NCBI GenBank assembly: GCA_943356445.1 | Contig: CALREZ010000003.1 | Location: forward strand, 6,125-70,124 | Source: Candidatus Nomurabacteria bacterium | GTDB taxonomy: Bacteria; Patescibacteriota; Minisyncoccia; Phycocordibacterales; CAIJYI01 | Reading direction: 5' to 3' | Length of the DNA stretch: 64,000 nucleotides | Shown here: positions 1 through 7,949 of the stretch, piece after piece | Layout: each line of letters starts with the position of its first letter | How positions within the stretch are numbered: position 1 is the stretch's first letter | Position numbers and translations under genes: made by a program | Notes under the pieces: model-generated | Told to the model about the DNA's origin: nothing | Seen by the model: the letters and a program-made list of their open reading frames with translations, nothing else | Databases searched by the model: none

Positions 1-171
1 CCAATAGTTTACTCGGTCGCCCTTAATAACGGGTTCTCCGTGGCGGGCGTTGTAAGATCCAAGGATCTCTTTGAATTTGTTGCTCCGCGTGGCATTTTTG
101 GAATCGGTCAAAACCACCCGAAAAGAGGGGTCGTTCTTCCTTCCTACTCTCTGTAATCGTATTTTTAACAT
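1..171 (-). CDS. rpsP: 30S ribosomal protein S16, N-terminal 57 codons; C-terminus lies beyond the window start
   Basis: Minus-strand translation from the ATG at 171 gives MLKIRLQRVGRKNDPSFRVVLTDSKNATRSNKFKEILGSYNARHGEPVIKGDRVNYW, which matches the S16 N-terminus (RL.R.G.K..P.Y.VV..D.R..R.G.FIE..G.YNP). Missing from the ORF track because fewer than 60 codons fall in the window. Confidence 0.7.
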   Translation of the reverse strand, partial: MLKIRLQRVGRKNDPSFRVVLTDSKNATRSNKFKEILGSYNARHGEPVIKGDRVNYW

Positions 172-301
172 ACCGGTTATGTTAGCATAAAGAATTTCAA
201 AGTCAATCCTGGGCCTGGTTGTAGAGAAAAAACTTGATTTTTTCCAACAAATGTGATAGAATAATTTTACTAAGGTTAATTAGCTAATATATAAAGAATT
301 C

Positions 302-853
302 ATGAGAGATTCACACAGGGACAACAAAGGAGGATTCGGCGGAGGAAGAAGCTTCGGCGGAGACAGAGGAGGACGCGATTTTGGAAACCGCGGAGGATTT
401 AAGGGCGGTTTCGGAGGAGGAAAAGACCGCGGAGATCGCGAAATGCACCAGGCAACCTGTGCGAAATGCGGAAGATCTTGCGAAGTTCCCTTCCGACCGA
501 CCGGCGACAAACCGGTATACTGCAGCGATTGTTTCAAAAATAAAGACGGCATGAGCCCGCGAAGAGACGAAGGAAAAAGTTTTGATCGCCCTTCATTCAA
601 CGCCAGACCGGCCTTTACCGAGCACAACTACAAAGAAGAATTCAGAGCGCTCAACGACAAAATTGATAAGGTTCTGAAACTGCTTACCAAAGACGCCCCC
701 GCTCCGATTCCCGCTCCCAAAGCGGACAAACCGGAGGTAAAAGCGATGAAAGTCGCCGCCGTTGTGGAAGCTGCCGTTGGAAAAAAGATTTCCAAAAAGA
801 AAGAAACGGTTAAAGAGGTTGCCAAACCGAAAAAAGCCGCAAAGAAAAAATAA
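302..853 (+). CDS. CxxC-x17-CxxC zinc-ribbon protein with an N-terminal RGG/FGG glycine-arginine repeat region and a lysine-rich C-terminal tail; probable nucleic-acid-binding protein
   Basis: CAKC-(17 aa)-CSDC spacing read directly from the translation. The N-terminus carries repeated GGFGGGR/GGDRGGRDFGNRGG motifs and the tail is K-rich (KKAAKKK). A hairpin terminator follows. Confidence 0.6.
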   Translation: MRDSHRDNKGGFGGGRSFGGDRGGRDFGNRGGFKGGFGGGKDRGDREMHQATCAKCGRSCEVPFRPTGDKPVYCSDCFKNKDGMSPRRDEGKSFDRPSFNARPAFTEHNYKEEFRALNDKIDKVLKLLTKDAPAPIPAPKADKPEVKAMKVAAVVEAAVGKKISKKKETVKEVAKPKKAAKKK

Positions 854-865
854 GATCTGGACATA

Positions 866-899
866 AAAATTCCCCGATGAAAATCGGGGAATTTTATGT
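866..899 (+). terminator. Rho-independent terminator hairpin (AATTCCCCGAT-GAAA-ATCGGGGAATT followed by a T-run)
   Basis: Perfect 11-bp stem plus T tract immediately after the stop at 853. Confidence 0.6.
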
Positions 900-923
900 T
901 TAAAAAGTAATAACGTGATATCT

Positions 924-1271
924 TCAGTCCGTCACATATTTTACATATTCAAGCTGGATCCGAACAACTTCATCTTGATCTAAATGCCCTATTTTCTTTT
1001 GCAGTAAACTGGTGTCGGCAGCAAAAGATTGAGCCAAGAGAACATAAGAAATTATATTCAATCCATTGTCTGACGTCGGAGCAATTTCCACAACGTATTT
1101 CCGATAAAGCTTCTTTTGGGAAGTACAAGGAGCAACCGTAACAGTTTCGCCCGTTACTTGAGTAACAATAACATGGGGACGTATTCCGCTTTGAACATAA
1201 CCGACAGCATTGGAGTTTTCTATCAGATACACATCTCCTTTTTCTATTTTTTTAGGTGTTGTTTTTTGCAT
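924..1271 (-). CDS. Type II toxin-antitoxin toxin, MazF/PemK family endoribonuclease
   Basis: The KGDVYLIE...GYVQSGIRPHVIV...VAPCTS pattern is typical of PemK/MazF (GDI..V.F.P..G.E..G.RP.LV.S). Confidence 0.7.
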   Translation of the reverse strand: MQKTTPKKIEKGDVYLIENSNAVGYVQSGIRPHVIVTQVTGETVTVAPCTSQKKLYRKYVVEIAPTSDNGLNIISYVLLAQSFAADTSLLQKKIGHLDQDEVVRIQLEYVKYVTD

Positions 1272-1374
1272 GAAGAAGCGCTTGTTGTTGCAAAGCGATT
1301 TGTTTCCAAAACTGACGCTCTTGCGTCATTTTAGAAAGTGATGGTTTATAGTTTTTCTTTTCTGTGATTTTCAT
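1252..1374 (-). CDS. 40-aa micro-ORF upstream of and overlapping the MazF start by 20 nt; candidate cognate antitoxin
   Basis: Manual translation gives MKITEKKNYKPSLSKMTQERQFWKQIALQQQALLHAKNNT*. Its stop overlaps the MazF ATG, which is the typical antitoxin-toxin arrangement. No family was recognised. Confidence 0.25.
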   Translation of the reverse strand: MKITEKKNYKPSLSKMTQERQFWKQIALQQQALLHAKNNT

Positions 1375-1692
1375 ACAATGATAATAATACAAATTTTCGT
1401 ATTAAGCAAACAGTATTTTAAATGGACAAATCGGCAACAAAAAAAAGCTTGCCTTAAGACAAACTATTTTTTTGTCTTTGTTTCTTGTATCAAAACGCAT
1501 TACGCGCCCGATATATCCGGAAACAAATTTGGTCTCTTTTCCTTATTCACTCACACTCAGAGGAAAAGAGAAAATGAAAGTACTCTGCTCTTTTTTTATT
1601 ATACCTCACCCAAAAGCGCGAAATCAAGAATGTTTGTGGATAAAACCGTTTTTTTCATATACACAGGAGGCTTTTTGTGTTACTCTATTGAC

Positions 1693-3645
1693 ATGAAAAA
1701 TGAAAATGCAAACCACTTCGCGGAAGGGATGATCACGATTACGGCCAAAGGAATAGGCTATGTGAAAGTTGACGATTCCGAACAGGAAGATATAGAAATC
1801 GGGCAAATGTTTTTGAATACCGCGCTTCACGGCGATCGCGTACGGGTTTTTCTGCATCCGGAAAGAGAGGAACAACGGCAGACCGGCGAGGTGACCGAAA
1901 TTCTTTTGCGCGGAAAAATGACGTTTATCGGGAAAATTGAAAGAAAAGGAAATCTTGTTTTTCTCGTGGCCGATGACCGCCACATGTATACCGACATCTA
2001 TATTCCCCACGAAAAATCACAAGACGCGAAAAACGGACAGAAAGCTTTCGTCAGAATCGTTGAATGGAATAATCCGAAGAAAAATCCGTCGGGAGAAGTC
2101 ATAAAGATCATTGGAAATCCGGGCGAACACGAAACGGAAATTGAGGCCATCATTTTGGAAAAAGGTTTTGAACTCGGTTTTACTCCCGAAGTTTTGGCGA
2201 GCGCGGAAAGCGTCAGCGGAAAAATTACCGCAGAAGAGATTGCCAAACGGCGAGACATGAGAGGGGTTACCACTTTTACCATTGACCCGTTTGACGCCAA
2301 GGACTTTGACGATGCCATTTCTTTTGAAACGCTTCCGAACGGAGATTTTGAGATTGGCGTGCATATCGCCGATGTCTCCCACTTTGTCGTTCCCGGTACG
2401 GCTCTGGACAAAGAAGCGCGGCTCCGCGGAACTTCTGTTTACCTCGTTGACCGCTGTATCCCCATGCTTCCCGAACGCCTTTCCAACGACCTCTGCAGCT
2501 TGAAACCGAACGAAGACCGTCTGGCTTTTTCCGCTATTTTTACCGTGGACAAAAATTGCGTCAAAGAAGGAACGCATGTTGAAGTGAAGAAACAATGGTT
2601 CGGAAAGACCGTCATTCATTCCGACCGCCGTTTTACCTATGAGGAAGCGCAGGAAGTTTTGGAAGGAAAGCAGGGTGATTACCCGAATGAACTGCTCGCC
2701 TTGAATGCTATCGCAAAGAATATGACGAAGGCCCGCTACGAAGAAGGCGCCATCTCTTTTGAACAGGACGAAATAAAAATCATCTTGGACGAAAACGGCG
2801 TACCGGTAAAGATTCTCAAAAAACAACGAAAAGACGCGCATAAACTCGTGGAAGAATTCATGCTGCTCGCGAATAAAAAAGTGGCCGAATATATCGCGCA
2901 CATCGGGAAAGCGGAAGAAAAATTGTTCGTGTATCGCATTCATAATGAGCCGGACAAAGAACGTATCAGAACGCTGGCGGTGTTTTTGAAAACGCTTGGT
3001 TTCACTCTGAAATTAAACGAGGAGGGCAGCGTTTCCACCAAAGACCTGAACGATATTCTGAACGCGACCGAAGGCGGGCCATTCCACAATCTCGTGCACA
3101 CCTCGGCGCTCCGCACCATGTCCAAAGCGATCTACTCCACCAAAAACGTCGGACACTACGGCCTCGGTTTTGAGCACTACACGCACTTCACTTCCCCGAT
3201 CCGAAGATACCCGGACATTCTTTCTCACCGTCTGCTTTTCGCTCACCTTAAACAAGAAAATATCCCCGATGAAGCATGGCACGACTACGAAGCGATGCTC
3301 GTCTACGCGACCGAACGAGAGATATTCGCCACGGATGCCGAACGCGCATCTATCAAATGGAAGCAGGTGCAGTACATGGAAACCAAGGTCGGACAGGAAT
3401 TTGAAGCGACCATCACCGGCGTTACCGAATGGGGCATCTATGTGGAAGAAAAAGAAACGCGTTCCGACGGAATGATCCGCATGCGAGACCTCTCCGATGA
3501 CTTCTATATTTTAGATGAAAAGAATTACTGCCTTATCGGTAAAAACAAGAAAAAGAAATACGCGCTCGGCGATGTTCTCAAAGTAAAGCTGACAAAAGCG
3601 AATGTGGCGGACCGCCAATTGGACTTTGCCGTCGTCGCGGAGTAA
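1693..3645 (+). CDS. rnr: Ribonuclease R (VacB), RNB family 3-prime to 5-prime exoribonuclease with N-terminal cold-shock domain and C-terminal S1 domain
   Basis: The cold-shock-like segment GIGYVKVDD...DIEIG...GDRVRV, the RNB motifs (TIDPFDAKDFDDA, YRIH.EPD) and an S1-like C-terminus are all present. Start is uncertain: alternative ATGs at 1630 and 1378. Confidence 0.85.
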   Translation: MKNENANHFAEGMITITAKGIGYVKVDDSEQEDIEIGQMFLNTALHGDRVRVFLHPEREEQRQTGEVTEILLRGKMTFIGKIERKGNLVFLVADDRHMYTDIYIPHEKSQDAKNGQKAFVRIVEWNNPKKNPSGEVIKIIGNPGEHETEIEAIILEKGFELGFTPEVLASAESVSGKITAEEIAKRRDMRGVTTFTIDPFDAKDFDDAISFETLPNGDFEIGVHIADVSHFVVPGTALDKEARLRGTSVYLVDRCIPMLPERLSNDLCSLKPNEDRLAFSAIFTVDKNCVKEGTHVEVKKQWFGKTVIHSDRRFTYEEAQEVLEGKQGDYPNELLALNAIAKNMTKARYEEGAISFEQDEIKIILDENGVPVKILKKQRKDAHKLVEEFMLLANKKVAEYIAHIGKAEEKLFVYRIHNEPDKERIRTLAVFLKTLGFTLKLNEEGSVSTKDLNDILNATEGGPFHNLVHTSALRTMSKAIYSTKNVGHYGLGFEHYTHFTSPIRRYPDILSHRLLFAHLKQENIPDEAWHDYEAMLVYATEREIFATDAERASIKWKQVQYMETKVGQEFEATITGVTEWGIYVEEKETRSDGMIRMRDLSDDFYILDEKNYCLIGKNKKKKYALGDVLKVKLTKANVADRQLDFAVVAE

Positions 3646-3714
3646 AATAAAAATACTTTTTAGTCTCTTAAAAACTAACGAGAATGAAAATTCTTGCGAG
3701 TCTGCCGTACAATT

Positions 3715-4236
3715 ATGAAAGAAAAAAATAGTGAAGAAATAAAAATAGTATCGCCTTTGGAAGAAGCTTCCATAAAAGTAACGGCGTGGGTGGGTACGCC
3801 CGTTTCTGTCGTCATGCACACGATATTCTTCATCGGAATTTTTTCCCTGAAATGGTTCGGCATGCCTCTTGACCAAATACTTCTTGTTCTCACTACGGCA
3901 GTATCGTTGGAAGCGATTTATCTCGCGATTTTCATTCAGATGACCATCAACCGCCAAGAAGCAAAACTTCATGAAGTGCGCGAAGACATTGAAGAACTCG
4001 GTGAGGATGTTGAGGAGATCGGAAAGGATGTTGATGAGCTGTCGGAAGACCTTGAAGAAATCGGGAAGGACGTTGACGAACTCGGCGAAGACTTTGAAGA
4101 GATAACGGAAGATATGGAGGAAGAAGAAAAGAAAGAAGAGCAATATCGTTCAGAAAGAAACAAAAATCTGCAAAAAATAGAGACGACGCTCCAATCGCTT
4201 ATTGTGGAGTTGGAAAAGATGAAGGAGAAGAAGTAA
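3715..4236 (+). CDS. DUF1003-family membrane protein with a C-terminal acidic coiled-coil built from tandem 11-residue repeats
   Basis: LDQILLVLTTAVSLEAIYLAIFIQMTINRQEAK matches the DUF1003 core (..LSLEA......I.MSQNRQ). The C-terminus repeats EDVEEIGKDVDELSEDLEEIGKDVDELGEDFEEI. Confidence 0.55.
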   Translation: MKEKNSEEIKIVSPLEEASIKVTAWVGTPVSVVMHTIFFIGIFSLKWFGMPLDQILLVLTTAVSLEAIYLAIFIQMTINRQEAKLHEVREDIEELGEDVEEIGKDVDELSEDLEEIGKDVDELGEDFEEITEDMEEEEKKEEQYRSERNKNLQKIETTLQSLIVELEKMKEKK

Positions 4237-4240
4237 AAAA

Positions 4241-4302
4241 GAATAAAGCAAAAAGAAAAAAGAATGACGACGAGCGTTTCCTTTTTTCTTTTTGCTTTAT
4301 TC
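4241..4302. terminator. Perfect 22-bp inverted repeat (GAATAAAGCAAAAAGAAAAAAG ... CTTTTTTCTTTTTGCTTTATTC) between convergent genes; probable bidirectional terminator
   Basis: The palindrome was read directly; it sits between the DUF1003 stop at 4236 and the SMC stop at 4313. Confidence 0.5.
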
Positions 4303-4312
4303 TTTTTCCTTT

Positions 4313-6613
4313 TTATCGTGCCATCATTCCTTCGGCATCTTCAAATTTTATAGAGAGAATCTTGGAGATGCAGTCTATTCCGACGGTTACGCCGTAGATA
4401 ATTCCGGCGTGGGACATGGTTTCTCGATTATGCGTAATAATCGCGAGCTGAGAGGTTTTGGAAAGCGTTTCCAGCATCATGCCATATTTTTTGGAATTGG
4501 ATTCATCAAGAGCGGCATCGGTTTCATCAAGCACCAGGAATGGCGGAGGATTGACCTGTGAGACGGAAAAAAGCAGAGCAATGGAAGTGAGTGTCCTTTC
4601 GCCCCCCGAAAGCATCTGAATGCCCCGGAGACGCTTGTGCGGCAAAGAGATATTTATTTCCAAGCCCTCTTCCATCGCCTCGTCGTAGCCGAGGTCGGCG
4701 GAGGCGGGGTCCTCCAAGACAGATTCAAGACTCACGTCGCTTTCTTCTGTTTTTTTCTTTTTCGGAGGAAGCACGGTCTTAAGCGACGCAGTACCTCCGC
4801 CGAACAGCACCGTGAAAAATTCTTGGAATTGTTTGTTTATCTTTTCCAATCCGTCTTTGAATTCCGCCGCCAGCTTTTCTGAAAGTTCAAAAATGAGCTG
4901 ATGCAAAGATTCGGCGCTTTTTTCCAAATCGGTCAGTTCGCGGTCAAGAAAAGCATCGCGGTCAATCACCTCTTCGTATTCTTTGAGCACGTCTTCTCCT
5001 CCGCCGACACCGAGCTCTTCAATGCGAATCTTCATGCGTTCAACATTCTTTTTACGATTGCGCTGGACTTCGCGGTCTTCGGCAAAAGCTTCTTCTTCGT
5101 TTACAGACACTTTTCCGTAGTCCAAGATTTGAGAACCGACAAGAACGCCCGCCTCGCCGAGTTCGCTTTTAAAATCCTGTTCTTCCCTCTCTATTTCAAA
5201 ATGACGGGAACGGCAAGAATTTACTTTAAGCGCCGCCTCGCTTCTTTTGGACATCATGCCGAACAGTTCGCGTTCCGTGTCGCGCGTTGCATCTTTTTCT
5301 TTTTCCGCCGACGCTTTCATGGAAGTATACAGCGCTTGCACCCGTTCTTCCTCTTCATGAAGCGCGCGCATTTCCCTTTCAACTCCCTCTTTTTCTTCGC
5401 GGCGTTTCAAAAGCTCTGCCTCGCTTTCCGCAAGACCGGTATCTTCAATTGGGTGAACTTCCTCTTTAGATGAAGCTTGATCTATAAAACCATGAAGCAG
5501 CATTCTGATATTCGCCAGCGCTTCTTTTACCTGTCCGACGTCCTCCAAAGAATGAGCGGTCTGGATCATTTCGTCAGCCATCTGCACCATTTCACGAATA
5601 CGAGAAAGCGATACGGGAATATCTTTTGTTTCCGTATGATTTTTCTTTTCTTTTTCTCTCGCGATGCGACGAACTTCGGACTCTATCATTCCCTCCAGCC
5701 GTCCAAGCGCGCGAGAAAATTCATCTTTCTTGTTCCTCACGGAACGGATATCCGCTTCCAATTTTAAAATTTCCACAGAAAACTGGCTTTCCTTTCCGTC
5801 GGCGGCGATCGTTTCCCTCGCTTTTTGTATCTGTTCGTCCAAAACGCGCAATTCTTCTTTCGGCCCCTTCATCGCCTCTTCATTTTCCTTTTTTTGATGT
5901 TCCAAATACAGTTCCTCTCTTTTCAGGTATTCCGCATATACGCCGGCGAGTTCATCGCGCAATTTCTTGACGCGTTCAATTCTTTCTACCTGTTTTTTCA
6001 AAAAAGAAATGCGCGGAGCCAGTTCTTTCCGCAGGAGCGAAATTTCACGGACATTTTCTTCCGTTTTTTTAAGCTTTCGTTCGCTCTCGTTGATTTTGTA
6101 TTGGTAGATGCGCAAACCAAGCGCGTCTTCTATCATGATCCGACGTTCTTTAATGGAAGCAAAAAGGAATCGGTCGGTTTCGCCTTGAGAAATAATATGA
6201 TGGGCGGAAGAACCAATGTGCGCAGCCGAAAGTAATTCAACAATATCTTTCAAGCGAACCGCCGTACCGTTGATCAAGTATTCGTTCGTCCCGTCGCGAA
6301 AGACCTGCCGGCCGATGGTCACCTCATTGTAATCAAGATCAAAAACCCGGTCGGTATTATCAAAAGTGATAACCACGGTCGCCTGATTGGTTCGTCCCAA
6401 CGCTTTGGATCCGTTCCAGATAAGATCCTCGCCTCGTTTCCCTCGCAGTGATTTAATGGACTGCTCACCCAACACAAAACGCATCGCTTCCGCAACATTG
6501 GACTTGCCCGACCCATTGGGCCCGACAATGGCAGTAATAGGAGCGCTAAAATCCAGCACGGTCTTCTTCGCGAACGATTTAAAACCGGTGATCTCAATTC
6601 GTTTTAATCTCAT
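4313..6613 (-). CDS. smc: SMC-like chromosome-segregation ATPase of about 767 aa, with both head halves present but no recognisable hinge
   Basis: The N-terminus MRLKRIEITGFKSFAKKTVLDFSAPITAIVGPNGSGKSNVAEAMRFVLGEQS carries the Walker A. The C-terminus LSGGERTLTSIALLFSV...FLVLDETDAALDE carries the signature and Walker B. The middle is coiled-coil-like E/K/R-rich sequence with no glycine-rich hinge motif. Confidence 0.7.
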   Translation of the reverse strand: MRLKRIEITGFKSFAKKTVLDFSAPITAIVGPNGSGKSNVAEAMRFVLGEQSIKSLRGKRGEDLIWNGSKALGRTNQATVVITFDNTDRVFDLDYNEVTIGRQVFRDGTNEYLINGTAVRLKDIVELLSAAHIGSSAHHIISQGETDRFLFASIKERRIMIEDALGLRIYQYKINESERKLKKTEENVREISLLRKELAPRISFLKKQVERIERVKKLRDELAGVYAEYLKREELYLEHQKKENEEAMKGPKEELRVLDEQIQKARETIAADGKESQFSVEILKLEADIRSVRNKKDEFSRALGRLEGMIESEVRRIAREKEKKNHTETKDIPVSLSRIREMVQMADEMIQTAHSLEDVGQVKEALANIRMLLHGFIDQASSKEEVHPIEDTGLAESEAELLKRREEKEGVEREMRALHEEEERVQALYTSMKASAEKEKDATRDTERELFGMMSKRSEAALKVNSCRSRHFEIEREEQDFKSELGEAGVLVGSQILDYGKVSVNEEEAFAEDREVQRNRKKNVERMKIRIEELGVGGGEDVLKEYEEVIDRDAFLDRELTDLEKSAESLHQLIFELSEKLAAEFKDGLEKINKQFQEFFTVLFGGGTASLKTVLPPKKKKTEESDVSLESVLEDPASADLGYDEAMEEGLEINISLPHKRLRGIQMLSGGERTLTSIALLFSVSQVNPPPFLVLDETDAALDESNSKKYGMMLETLSKTSQLAIITHNRETMSHAGIIYGVTVGIDCISKILSIKFEDAEGMMAR

Positions 6614-6678
6614 TGTTTTTATTTTACAATTTTTTTCCCGATTACACAAAAAACCGGCCGAAGCCGATTTTTTATTTG

Positions 6679-6762
6679 TGCGCCGGGTTGGATTCGAACC
6701 AACGAAGGCGTAAGCCGCGAGATTTACAGTCTCGTGTATTAGACCACTCTACCACCGACGCG
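6679..6762 (-). tRNA. tRNA-Tyr (anticodon GTA) with a long variable arm
   Basis: Reverse-complement reading gives GCGTCGG..GAGACTGTAAATCTC..(long variable arm)..GGTTCGAATCCAACCGGCGCA. The acceptor stem is 7 bp and the anticodon loop is CTGTAAA. Confidence 0.8.
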
Positions 6763-6811
6763 ATATGAGCAGTATACCAGAAAATTTTGAAAAAGAAAGC
6801 TCGTAGTACGC

Positions 6812-6838
6812 CCGGTTCGGGGTTGTACCCCAAACCGG
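6812..6838. repeat. REP-like palindrome (CGGTTCGGGGTTGTACCCCAAACCGG)
   Basis: GC-rich hairpin. It is the inverted counterpart of the copy at 7487-7512 and resembles the copy at 6904-6930. Confidence 0.6.
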
Positions 6839-6903
6839 AACGTTTGGATAATTATATCTAAGTTTGTCTTAAAAATCCAAGTTTCCTTGATTATACAAAC
6901 GTT

Positions 6904-6930
6904 CCGGGCCGAGGTACAACCTCGGCCCGA
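6904..6930. repeat. REP-like palindrome variant (CCGGGCCGAGGTACAACCTCGGCCCG); forms an inverted doublet (REPIN-like) with 6812-6838
   Basis: Same stem-loop architecture with a TACAA core; it lies 65 nt from the first copy in opposite orientation. Confidence 0.55.
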
Positions 6931-6942
6931 CAACAAAAGAGA

Positions 6943-7446
6943 TCATTCATTCACATTATCAGATTTCAACTCGCAACTTTCATTTGCAGACGACCAGTAC
7001 CAAAAAGAGGCATCCGAAACATAATTCTTCCGAACAGGATTTTCTAAAATATAATTCAATTTTTGTTGAAAAACTTTTTCATATTCAAGGACAATCGGCA
7101 TATTCGTGTCTTGCCAAATAGAATAAGTTCCATCCTCTTCAACAAACATTTTTTCAATGTTAGGTTCTGTTATAACTACATTTTTATGTATTTCGCGAGA
7201 AGTGTACCTTTTAAAATCCCGAACAAAACCAGCGGCATCGGGAGATTCTACAATAAGATGGATATGGTTGAGCATAAAAACAAAACCGTAAAGTTTTAAG
7301 TTTTTATTTTTTCTGCAGTACTGAAGAGAATCGGCGATGATATTCCAACGATTATGCCGGTCAAAAATGTAATACCATTTTTTAGCGGTAAATGTGAGAA
7401 AATAGACGGACGAATTTAATTCTTTGGAAATTTTTTTAATAGACAT
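6943..7446 (-). mobile_element. REP-associated tyrosine transposase (RAYT), IS200/IS605-like Y1 HuH transposase
   Basis: HuH motif LNHIHLIV, a C-terminal Y motif KLNYILENP, a size of about 167 aa, and REP-like palindromes on both flanks. Start taken at MSIKKISK; the ORF extends to 7536. Confidence 0.7.
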
Positions 7447-7486
7447 AAATGGTACTATAACGAAGTTTTTTGACAGACACAAACAT

Positions 7487-7512
7487 TTCGGTTCGGGGTA
7501 CAACCCCGAACC
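7487..7512. repeat. REP-like palindrome (CGGTTCGGGGTACAACCCCGAACCG) immediately upstream of the RAYT gene
   Basis: Inverse complement of the 6812-6838 copy. Confidence 0.6.
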
Positions 7513-7559
7513 GGCGATAAAAGAAAGACCCGCCAAGGTGCGCTTGGCGGGTCGGGGTT

Positions 7560-7862
7560 TTATTCTCCAAAGTGAGAGTTCGGAACGAGGCTCCAGAGGC
7601 CGTTCATGGAAATGACTTTGGCGCGACGTTCGGCGAGATCCAAAATTTCATGGATTAAACGTGGCTCGCGGACAAAAAAGAGCAGATCGGAAACAAAAAC
7701 AATTTCACCGATAGTGAATCCGTCTTTCCGAAAAGCAGTCGATAGCTCTTGGAGAATTTCCAAAATATCTTTTTCTGTGGGAGCTCTATGCTGTCTTGTT
7801 TCGCTCGCCTTTTCCGTTAAGATACGAGCGTCGTATGCTTGGATAATTGCTTTTTTGTTCAT
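7560..7862 (-). CDS. Hypothetical small protein downstream of clpB, possibly co-transcribed
   Basis: ORF only, with start taken at MNKKAIIQ; no family recognised. Confidence 0.4.
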   Translation of the reverse strand: MNKKAIIQAYDARILTEKASETRQHRAPTEKDILEILQELSTAFRKDGFTIGEIVFVSDLLFFVREPRLIHEILDLAERRAKVISMNGLWSLVPNSHFGE

Positions 7863-7949
7863 GCCGTGTCTCCTTTTGAAAACAAGTTCCATATTTATAT
7901 AAACACAAAAAGAAAAGCGAGTCAACATGACTCGCTTTTCTTTTTGTGT

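Noticed and set aside
2017-2943. 308-aa minus-strand ORF (plus 1624-2010 and 1998-2411) inside rnr
   Set aside because: Antisense to the strongly supported RNase R frame. The composition is phenylalanine-rich, and no motifs are present.
3969-4163. Serine-rich 64-aa minus-strand ORF
   Set aside because: Reverse-complement shadow of the GAA/GAT-rich acidic repeat in the DUF1003 gene.
4901-6235. Several plus-strand ORFs (190, 96, 114, 136 aa) overlapping the SMC gene
   Set aside because: Antisense shadows of the SMC coding region. F/R/L-rich low-complexity translations.
7560-7928. ClpS adaptor identity for the small ORF downstream of clpB
   Set aside because: Considered because of its position next to a Clp ATPase, but the sequence does not resemble ClpS on inspection. 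ClpS also normally precedes clpA rather than following clpB.
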